DNA of 61,995 nt, filler included, from Kipferlia bialata (Eukaryota): assembly GCA_003568945.1 (NCBI GenBank). It is 5 parts of 5 records of this genome, joined end to end, with 100 filler letters (N's around TTAATTAATTAA, not from the genome) between each part and the next. Parts side by side here need not be neighbours in the genome. Positions count along the whole stretch, not along the records: positions 14,388 to 28,650 come from BDIP01000842.1; positions 28,751 to 38,772 come from BDIP01000843.1; 3 more parts are not named here. One strand, written 5' to 3'. Position numbers and translations under genes: made by a program. Shown piece after piece: positions 24,542-34,800 of the stretch (position 1 is the first letter of the stretch; every line of letters starts with the position of its first letter). The notes under the pieces were generated by a model that had not been told where the DNA came from, searched no databases, and saw nothing but the letters and a program-made list of their open reading frames with translations.

Positions 24542-27500
24542 CCAGCCACTCGCCCTGGCCAGAGACTAGGGAGGAACCTAAGTGTCAGATAACAATATTT
24601 CTTATTATAAGTCTTATAATAAGAGGAACCTGCATGTGAGGCTATTAATGCATATATACAGGAGAGAGAGAAAGATGGAGAGAGAGAAAGATACTGGTAC
24701 CTGGGGATGGGGGCCTTGATATGAGTATCTTGTCGATGTACGGGGCCAGCTCTCTGTCTGAGCGCAGTTCCTGGGGGATAAGAGGTCGAACTAGATGAAG
24801 TACAATGAATAGAATACCGTAGCATTGAATCTAATTACGTGATAATACTATGCACAAATACGTGTGCAATGAACACCCTGATACCTGCAGTGCATGTTCC
24901 ACGTTGTGTCCAGCGGCAAGACGTGCAGTAAGGAGTCTGAGGGTAAGATGAGAAGACATATATATAGATGGGAATTGAGAAGATATTGAACATAATATGT
25001 ACAAGACGGCAGAAGTGTGAGGTTGAAAGGGAAAGAGAGTGTCTTGTATTGATATTGGCCTTATCCACCCATATCAACCAATATTGTCTTATCCATACCT
25101 CACAACCAGGTGCCTCTCGTCTATTGGGCATGTGATGGACCGGCCCTTGGACATCTTGAGGGCCCTGGCAGGTTAGATATATATATACTTTTTTGCATGT
25201 ACCCTATATGTACTAATATATGCAGTTATACTATATGTCAGATGGACCGGCCCTTCGACATGTTCAAGGCCAAGGAGGAACATTATATAAATATAGAATA
25301 CATATAACTAATATAACTACATATAACTAATATAACTACCTGCTCAATAGTGTTGCCGCCGAGCTGTAGTGCCCATCTCTGTATGCAGCCATGCCCCCAG
25401 CCACGTTGGACACAGACTCTAATCTATGGTAAGAGAGGGTAACGTATATATATATATATATATATATATGCATATGTACATATAGTAGATATATAGTTAG
25501 CCATGCCCCCAGCCACGTTGGACACAGACTCCAGCCTAAAGGGTAAGCGTATTGAAGAATACCTTCAACATTGATTCCTTTAGAGTGAATATACACGTAT
25601 ATCTATATATACCTGGTTACGTCCTTGAATGGCACCCTAGCCCCCTTGAGAGTGTTGCACACCCTGACCATGCCATGACAGAGGGAGTCATAACTACCTG
25701 AAGATTAATATGTATATACATATTTGTGTGTAAATGCAATATGTAGAAAACATACGTAGAGAGGTGTATGAATGTAGACCATGGCCATGAGTAATATGGA
25801 ATCACAGCTGCTTCAAGAATAGTGTGTATATGAAATAGTATATATTCTTCTTTATATACGTATACATATCTGTACAACGTTAGTGTATTACGAGGTTCAA
25901 TACCTTGCTTCTCCTTGACAAATGTGTCCAGCCCACCCATCCCGTTGAAGATGGCTGTGCAGTGCAGGTCGACCAGGGAGGCAGCACGATCTGGGAGGTT
26001 GCCTAATGGTCAGGAATGTATGTGTACATACATTGCGGACTATTTAGGACTATGTATTTTTGTAGAAAAAATGGCTGTGCAGTACATGTCAACCAGAGAC
26101 GCAGCTCTGTCGGGGAGATTCCCTGACAGCAAATATCCGTTACATGTGAGAGTAATGGTAGACAAAACATCCTTGTATATATCATTCACCTTGGGCACTC
26201 ATATATATATATATATATATCACCCACCTAGCAGTAGCTCCAGGCACTTGGACTGCACTGCATCGGAGTCCTGGGGTTAGAGGGTCAATGATACAACGAT
26301 TATTCACAAAACTTTCAGTAGTATATATAGACAGATATGTAAATATATAAATATATACATAAATATACTTGGACTGCACAGCATCGGAGTCCTGGGGGTG
26401 AGTGGGTTCAGACGAAGTAGAAAGGATGCGAATACTGTTTCAATGTAAAATACTACATTACATTATCATAATATTGACTCTTTGACTATTGGTCCGTTGT
26501 CTCAAGGGGGTATATAGGGAATCCTAATATCATGAATGTCCTCATTCACCCTTGCAGCACTGTCTGCTTCCATGTCTGTATAATCAATCTCTCTCTCTCT
26601 CTCAATAAATATATGCTAACCTTAATATCATGAATGCCCTCGTTTGTCCTTGCAGCACTGTCTGCTGCCATGTCTGTATAATAATCTCTCTCTCTCTAAA
26701 CATATATAATTTCTCATTCATACCTTAATGTCGTGAATGCCCTCATTTACTCTAGCAGCACTGTCCGCTGCCATGTCTGTATAATCTCTCTCTCTCTATA
26801 TATATATACAAATATATATATATCTGTGTGTGTGTGTGTGTGTGTGCTAACCTTAATGTCGTGTATCCCCTCGTTTGTCCTTGTCGCACTGTCTGCTGCC
26901 ATGTCTTTTATATAATATTCTCTCTCTCTCTCTCTATATATATAGTATTAATATATATACATATATACCTTAATGTCGTGGATCCCTTCATTCTCTCTGG
27001 TAGCACTGTCTGCCGACATGTCTGTATAATAATCTCTCTCTCTCTCTCTCTCTAAATATATATTAATATATGTGTGTGTGTGTGCGCTAACCTTAATGTC
27101 GTGTATCCCCTCATTGACCCTTGCAGCACTGTCCGCTGCCATGTCTGTATAATAATCTCTATCTCTCCCTCTCTCTATATATATACCTTAATATCATGTA
27201 TCCCCTCGTTTGTCCTTGCCGCACTGTCTGCTGCCATGTCTGTGTAGTGGGACAGAGATGGTAGTCTAGCCACCATCAGAATGTCGTCAATGTCCTAGGG
27301 TTAATGATAATATAACTACAAATGATATATGGATCAATACCTGTCTCTCCGTGATTGTGTGTCTGCTACACACACCCATGGTGGCAGTCTCTCTCTCTCT
27401 CTCTCTCTCTAGGTATATATATATCTGTGTATATATATATACATACCTGTCTCTCCGTGATTGTGTGTCTACTGCACACTCCCATTGTGGCAGCTCTGAT

Positions 27501-27982
27501 ATCCGGGTAGGGAGGGGGGATGGAGCCCAGACGGTCAAACCTAAGAGTGAGGGTACAGCAACACCTACAATACATCTTCATATATACTGTACTAACACAT
27601 AATAATGTATATACATACCTGGCCAGAGGGTACCGCGTCTGGAGGGATGCCAGGATGGATAGACCGATCCTGGGGGTAAGAGACTAAGTCTGAGATGGTT
27701 CCAGAAGACTCGAGAAAATAGAAAGATCCAATATACTATCTAAAGTAATACAAACAATTGGACGATGTCAGGATGGATATGCCGATCCTGGGTGTGAAAT
27801 CATAATGTATCCAACATATATAGTGTACCTCCGCAGGTGGATATATATATATATATGTGTGTATATGTATAAATACCTAGGCATGTTGAGGTGTGTGCAC
27901 ATCTCAGAGGCAGCGAGACCGGCCATCAGACCAGCCGTGATGTTCCTATAGTTAGAATAGGATATATATATATATATATATA

Positions 27983-28031
<49 letters not shown>

Positions 28032-28563
28032 AGCCAGACCGGCCATCAGACCAGCCGTGATGTTCCTGGAATGAGACCATTGAGGCATACAAACAATAAT
28101 ACCCTAGAGAGGATAATGCGAAAGCTCCCATCGGACTAGTATAGATATTACCTCTTGTCCCTAATGTTTGTCCTGTGCGTATCTGCCGCATTCATAGTCA
28201 GTTGCACAGTCAGCAGTGCCAGCATGGTCTCCCCTGAGACAAGGAGGGCCTCAACGGCAGAGGGGATGTCCTGACGTTACATATATATATAGAGAGAGAG
28301 GGAGTGCCAGCATGGTCTCCCCTGACACTAGCAGGGCCTCGACTGCAGATGGAATATGCTGACGTTATATATATATATATACGCGTGTATATATATATAT
28401 ATATAGAGGGAGTGCCAGCATGGTCTCCCCTGAGACAAGGAGGGCCTCAACGGCTGAGGGGATGTCCTATTGTAAATAAGTAACATTGAATAATGTGGAA
28501 TGATATATGACATGCTATGGGATATTCAGACACTAGCAGGGCCTCAACGGCTGATGGTGTATC
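24318..28563 (-). CDS. WDR17-like protein, C-terminal helical region (5' truncated by scaffold end)
   Basis: About 11 exons join in frame: SAVEALLVSGETMLAL...DIDDILMVARLPSLSHY...CLELLLGNLPDRAASL...GGMAAYRDGHYSSAATLL...ITCPIDERHL...SAPLGTTKTILFPTLEIPV*. Resembles my recollection of the WDR17 C-terminus; no search run. Confidence 0.55.
26523..27239 (-). repeat. Array of seven ~53-nt copies of an exon 3' half (one intact exon, six intronic echoes)
   Basis: Copies at about 27187-27239, 27092-27144, 26969-27021, 26852-26904, 26724-26776, 26621-26673 and 26523-26575, separated by (TA)n/(GA)n/(CA)n tracts. Confidence 0.92.
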
Positions 28564-28650
28564 CTAGAAAGTGAGAAAGAATGGTATAAAGACAGAGAAA
28601 TAGGAGGCGGGGGGGGGGGGGGGGGGGGGGGGGAAAAGGGGGGGCCAAAC

Positions 28651-28750
28651 NNNNNNNNNNNNNNNNNNNNNNNNNNNNNNNNNNNNNNNNNNNNTTAATT
28701 AATTAANNNNNNNNNNNNNNNNNNNNNNNNNNNNNNNNNNNNNNNNNNNN
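28651..28750. other. Artificial scaffold linker
   Basis: N-run + TTAATTAATTAA + N-run. Confidence 0.97.
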
Positions 28751-28757
28751 GCGGGGG

Positions 28758-28796
<39 letters not shown>

Positions 28797-28804
28797 GGCA
28801 GTAC

Positions 28805-29164
28805 TCATTTACTAGCATCGATGTCCACTTGGATGGCCACACATCCGTACTTGGCTTCGTCTGCGTGGGAATAGAACTCTCTATACACGCTCACACCCTC
28901 CTCAACACTGGATACCCCTGGGAGGGTGCTCTCTAGTCCCTCTGCTACCAGATACTCTTCTATAGAGCTGTATCGAGTGACTCTCTTCACCATACACGGA
29001 AGTGTCTCCCCAGCACACACAAAGGTAAGAGTGTCAGAGGGAGAGATGTGGGAACAGATCCCCTTATCCAGCCGACCCTCCACCGTCTTCTGACCCTGGG
29101 CAATGGCATCATACCATCGACGTTGCACATTTAGTATCAGGGGGAGGGGTGGTGTGTTACTCAT
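28805..29164 (-). CDS. ASCH domain protein (PUA-like RNA-binding fold), intronless, 119 aa
   Basis: LNVQRRWYDAIAQGQKTVEGRL (GxKxxExR), YSSIEEYL, PGVSSVEEGVSVYREFYS, KYGCVAI. Confidence 0.9.
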   Translation of the reverse strand: MSNTPPLPLILNVQRRWYDAIAQGQKTVEGRLDKGICSHISPSDTLTFVCAGETLPCMVKRVTRYSSIEEYLVAEGLESTLPGVSSVEEGVSVYREFYSHADEAKYGCVAIQVDIDASK

Positions 29165-29529
29165 TAATGCTGTATTCGGACGAAAAGACAGAGCGAGTCG
29201 TGCCACGAGTCAGTCGTGGGAAAAGGAAGAAAGGGTTAGTTAGCAGCTAAGGCTTATTACGGTTAGCAGTGCTAACCGTTAGCAATATAGATATACATGT
29301 CCTTATGACGGTATTCAACAGTTGTAGTTCCCCTGTGTGTTCCAGTATTCTGCCACAAATGGTATAGTAGAGAGTCAAAGGAGGACATTGTGAAGCAATT
29401 ACAACACCGCGTAATTGTCACAATTGAAGTACAAAATGAGACCCGACTGCACATATATCCGATAACAATGTGTACACCATCTATACGAGTACACCCCATT
29501 GCCAACCGATGGGACTCCCATGTCATCCC

Positions 29530-31197
29530 TCACATCCCGATCTTGAGTGTGTGGACCTGCCCTGAGAAGGGGTCCAGCAGACTGACACACCCCGTGCCCT
29601 TGTAGGATGGCACAATCACACACGTCATCTCATGGTCCCCCACCATCACCGTCTGCCTCTCTCCCACTGTCACCTTGGGGTCCCCAGAGGGTGCCACCAG
29701 CAGGGAGGGCAGCACAGGCTCATCGTCAGCCCCCTTGCACAGGCAGAGGTTGTCTGCTGGGGCAGGGAACATGTCCAGGGTGTCTGGGGCAGTGGGGGCC
29801 AGGTGGCAGAAGGAGGCGAGGCGGCACAGGGCCTGCATGGGGGTGAGGGGGGTCTGGCCAGCAATGTCAGCCACCACCTCCTCCCCTATGAAGGTGACCC
29901 TGGAGGACAGGGAGAGAGGGGCACAGGCCACCTCGGCAGTGCAGGGGTTGGTGCCCAGGTGCATGTTGCCAAACCTAGACGCAGAGGGAAGGAGCACCCT
30001 GGAGTTAGAGGTAGTAGAGAAGGACACACTGCAATAGGAACACTATACATATACAAATCACACATATATACTACCTGTTGATGGCAGGCTGTGGGAGGCC
30101 CCTGGGGACTGGGTCCTCTGTGGAGGGCAGGGCCAGCACAGGGAGGTTGCCAGTCAGGTTGGCCAGGAGACTGTCCAGGGCCTCCACAGGGGCCACAAGG
30201 CCTGAGGTGGGTGACACGGAAAGGTATAGGGAAGTCATAGCATATACATATCCAGATTACCTGCGAATGTGACTGCCCTGCTGACATCTGCCTCAGAGAG
30301 GGCCTGGCGACCTGTCTCAGACCTGGGGGTCAGATTGGTATCGCTATACGAATACCCATATCAACTAAACATAGAGCGTGGATGACTCACTCTTCGGGTG
30401 GGGCCAGCATACCGCCCATCAGCACTGTGGCCTGTACCCGTGACAGCAGAGGCCGCAGGGCTGGGGTGAGACATATATAGAGGGAGTAGTGGTGTGTGTT
30501 CCTAGATAGAAATAGCTAAATGGTTAATCTTGGTCCCCTCACCCTCTGGGCATGGTGCCACCCCCGTGACTATGTTGCTGAGCATGGTGAGGGGGGGAGG
30601 CAGGGCAGAGGCCAGGCTGATGTGGTTGAGGCACAGCAGCAGTGGGGAGGGGGCGGTCCCGTCCTCGACAGGGAGTGAGAGAGAGGGGGGTGCCGGGGTG
30701 GCAGAGGGGGTAGGCAGGGGTCTGGGGTAGAGCGTGTCCTGGACCAGGAAGGCAGAGTCACTCGTGACACGGCCCCTCAGTGCCACCACCACCCCACACG
30801 GCATCTCGTGCAGATCCACACCCTCCTCCCCCTCCTCTGTCTCCATCTTCACCTCCTGTGCCTCCCCCTCCTCATGGCTGTGCAGTACAATGATGGACTG
30901 GGGGTCACACAGAGTCACCACATCGCTCGTCTGGTAGTACTTCCCCTGGCGTTGGCGTGATATATGGGTATCAGTGAGAGGCTATGACACCAAGGGCGTA
31001 CCTCAAGCAACCTAGGCAGCTCAAAAGCATCTAGGGAAGCGTATGTGTCTATCACCGTCTTCTTCAGACTGAATTGCTTGGCTACCACTCCAATCAGAAC
31101 CTGGTATTAGCTGATGGCAACGAAACCCGGTGGTGACTCAGAGGTTGCAAATATGATTACGTGGCTCTTCAAAGAGTATTGCAAGGGAAATGCATAT
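29530..31197 (-). CDS. POLD2: DNA polymerase delta small (B) subunit, 5' end in gap
   Basis: VLIGVVAK, CGVVVALRG (OB fold), LPSTEDPVPRGLPQPAI, TNP, HLAPTAPDTL, VIVPSYKGTG. Confidence 0.85.
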
Positions 31198-31253
31198 AGC
31201 AGAGGAATGGGAGTATGGGGGGGGGGGGGGGGCCCCCCCGGGCGGTTCGCCGG

Positions 31254-31764
31254 NNNNNNNNNNNNNNNNNNNNNNNNNNNNNNNNNNNNNNNNNNNNNNN
31301 NNNNNNNNNNNNNNNNNNNNNNNNNNNNNNNNNNNNNNNNNNNNNNNNNNNNNNNNNNNNNNNNNNNNNNNNNNNNNNNNNNNNNNNNNNNNNNNNNNNN
31401 NNNNNNNNNNNNNNNNNNNNNNNNNNNNNNNNNNNNNNNNNNNNNNNNNNNNNNNNNNNNNNNNNNNNNNNNNNNNNNNNNNNNNNNNNNNNNNNNNNNN
31501 NNNNNNNNNNNNNNNNNNNNNNNNNNNNNNNNNNNNNNNNNNNNNNNNNNNNNNNNNNNNNNNNNNNNNNNNNNNNNNNNNNNNNNNNNNNNNNNNNNNN
31601 NNNNNNNNNNNNNNNNNNNNNNNNNNNNNNNNNNNNNNNNNNNNNNNNNNNNNNNNNNNNNNNNNNNNNNNNNNNNNNNNNNNNNNNNNNNNNNNNNNNN
31701 NNNNNNNNNNNNNNNNNNNNNNNNNNNNNNNNNNNNNNNNNNNNNNNNNNNNNNNNNNNNNNNN
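31254..31764. other. Assembly gap
   Basis: Run of N. Confidence 0.99.
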
Positions 31765-31875
31765 GGAAGCCCCCTAAAAACACCCCCCCCCCCCCCCCCC
31801 CCCCCATTTCCCTCTTTCTCTCTCTCTTTCTCTCTCTCCCAACCCCGATATCTTTGATATGTGTCCTCACCCTAG

Positions 31876-34800
31876 ACACATGTACCAGACACTACGCCTA
31901 GACCCCTCTGGTCTATACTCATTCACACTCAACGACATGGCACCAGAGGTGTATTTAATCACAGCAGAAACAAGTGATCCTACCCCTTTGCTTTGTCTCT
32001 CTGTCTCTCTGTCTCTGTCTCTCTGTCTCCCCCCCCCCCCCTCATAGCAGGTGCTGTGCCGCCTTCTGGTCATTGCCCACACCTGTGCCACCTCTCTGCA
32101 CATCCAGGGCCAGAAGAAGGACAAGGCGTGGGACAAGGAGACGGAGGCATACCTCTGGAGGGTGCACTATGAGTCATACGTGTCAGAGGCTGACATTGCC
32201 AGACTCCGTGCCACCTGTCGTGCCCTCCACTCAGAGCTAGAGGCACTGGTCTTCGGGTTGGTGGCGGACACGGTATCTGATCAAGACCACTCCCCCCTCC
32301 CCCTGCCCTCCCTCCCACAGTACAGGGTTGGGCCGGCTACTAGGGGTACGGAGACAGAGCGCAATTTGCTCCTCTATGTGACCCTATTATTTAGTCCATC
32401 TAAACTCACCCCCAGATGCCCTGCTGCCCCTGCTGTCCCTGTGGGCTGAGGTAAGGAGAGTAGTTGTTCTTCTACATATTCACCCACTACTCCTTTACAC
32501 ACATAACTACTCACCTTCCAGCTGGAGCCCATCAACTACCTAGAGAGATGCCACAGAAGCAGACTTGACGTGCACCTCAGACGCTTTGCTGGGAAGCATC
32601 AGGAGGCAGCAGGTGATATGACACGCTCTCTCTTGCCTCTCCTCTCTATCTCCAGGACCATATAGTCTGACGTGTCCCCCTCACCCCCAGACCAGGTCTC
32701 TACCTTCTCGCAAAAGCAGTCCTCTGAGGCTGTCTCAGTCCTAGAGAAGAGGTGTCGCAAGGTGGGTGGCAGACTGAGGGGCAAACACAGAGCGACTTGC
32801 TATGACTCCAGTCCCTATCTCTCACCCACCCTCAGCTGGCGGGTGCCTTCTATGACAAATCGGGTGGAGCAGAGAGACTGCACAAGTGCTACCAAAAGTG
32901 AGTTAGAATTCGAGTTATACTGTGCCTATGTTTTGTATGTACATAAACAACAGCCATTCCTCTCCTGGTGACTCCACACTCACATAATCTCTCCGTAGTG
33001 CCCCTCCTTTACCCACTAGGCACCTGGACTGTCTCGTGTATGGCTCCTTCAGTGGCAGGGCAACTGCGGCATCAGTGTGCAACCCCACTCTATACAGAGA
33101 CTGTGACGTCAGGTGGGTTCATATCACCATACTGCAAGCTGTAATCTACAGTGTCTCCCATTTCTATCCTGTATAGTACCCGACCCACCCCAGACCCTGC
33201 CTCTCCAACCCCTCCCACTGCCCCAGGTGGACTGTACACTATGCCACACAGCCACTGCCTGGGTTCCCAGGGGAAGAGTATGCACAGTGGCAGATACACA
33301 CATATACCTACGACCACCAGTTCATTCTGAACCTATCCTTGGCTGACATCCCCCTACCGCTTACCCCAGACGCACCGACGACACCCCATCTCTGCCTGAC
33401 TGCAAGGTGGGGCACACATCCACTTCAACGCCATAGTGTATACATCTCGTCCTCACTGAGGATATATGCATGTAAGTATACCCTACTCACCTTGCAGCGT
33501 ATCTTCCGAGACTGGATGCGGTGTCTGCACTCATCTATGGCATCGGGCAGGGCAGACGTCACCCTGGTGATCGGAGACTGTCTCGATGTGCTGCTGGGTG
33601 AGTTGGGTATTGAGAGTGTACATGAGTAATTGCGTGTTACACTTTCATCACTTGCTGTGGCATCTGAGCGTCTTGTGTTATATATTTAGTATATATATCT
33701 TATATAGGAGAACTTCCACTTACTAACCCAGAGCGCAGCCTCGGCCCCAACCCCCACTCCTACTCTACCACCGTGGCCTCCGACCCCCCCGAGCCCTTCC
33801 TGTTCGACCACATAGAGTGCTCTAATATAGCAGACTATGTAGGGACACTCACCATTCTGACTGTGGCACCAGGTTGGTGTCGTGATATTGAGTTTAGAAA
33901 CCCGTGCCTCATACATCATACGTTGACATCCAGGCTTCCTGCGCACCCCGGGTGTCTCCTGCCTGGTGCTAGTCCTCATGCTCACCAGGTGCTATGGCCA
34001 CGCAGGCTCCATATCTGTATGTGTGCTTAAGTTGCACAACATGATATAACAGTGTATATTATACATTTACCCCAGGCATCACTACATGAGTGAACAGGCC
34101 TTTCTGCAGGCTGCTACAGGTGTAAGGTGGGTGGTATCGTGTACATTAGGTCACATTATCTCTGAGTTGTATATATATGCGTACCTCGCAGGCATGCTCC
34201 TACTGACTATTCTGTCTGACCCTCAGGGTACGTGATCTGCCCCATGTGTTTGGGGTCAGGTGCGTGGGGGGAGAAGAGGAGATTGACAGGGGCTCCACTC
34301 TGATGAGCACGTCTCTGCTGCCCTACAAGTGCAACATACCCAGTGGCCGGACGGGCTGGACGCAGGTATATGTACCATAGGGTACATGGGTATGGGAGAC
34401 GATGCAGAGGACTCTGCCACTCACCCTCAGAACGCACTTGGGGGTGCCACCAACCATCAGTACACCCACCTAGTGTTCACCCGCACCCCAACCCCTTCCC
34501 CTCCTCCTTCCATTGAGTTACACCCCGGTGGCATGAGCGGGCATGTGCACAAGTGCCTCATGGGGCTGTTCCACAAGTGTCTCCCATACACACCAGAGAG
34601 GATAGTGGGGTAGGGGTTCTGAGCACATCTATGTTCACTTCCTCCAACTGCTTATCTCACCCCTCAGTGCATGCATACCCACCATGGCCATGTTTGCGGC
34701 AGTGGTGGCTGTCGGCTGTCGGCGGGGTCTGTTCGCTGCCCATATGAGGGAGGGGCGAGTGTCAGGTGGGTGATGACACAACATGTCATATAAGTATCTC

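Noticed and set aside
26621..27144. Dscam-style mutually exclusive cassette exons
   Set aside because: Each copy has AG...GT, but it starts in phase 1 while the preceding exons end in phase 0, lacks the CTCAC/CTAAC branch motif, and consecutive inclusion hits a stop. Not fully excluded without RNA data.
26523..27239. CRISPR-like repeat-spacer array
   Set aside because: The repeats are exon-derived and variable, the spacers are microsatellites, the context is eukaryotic and no cas genes are present.
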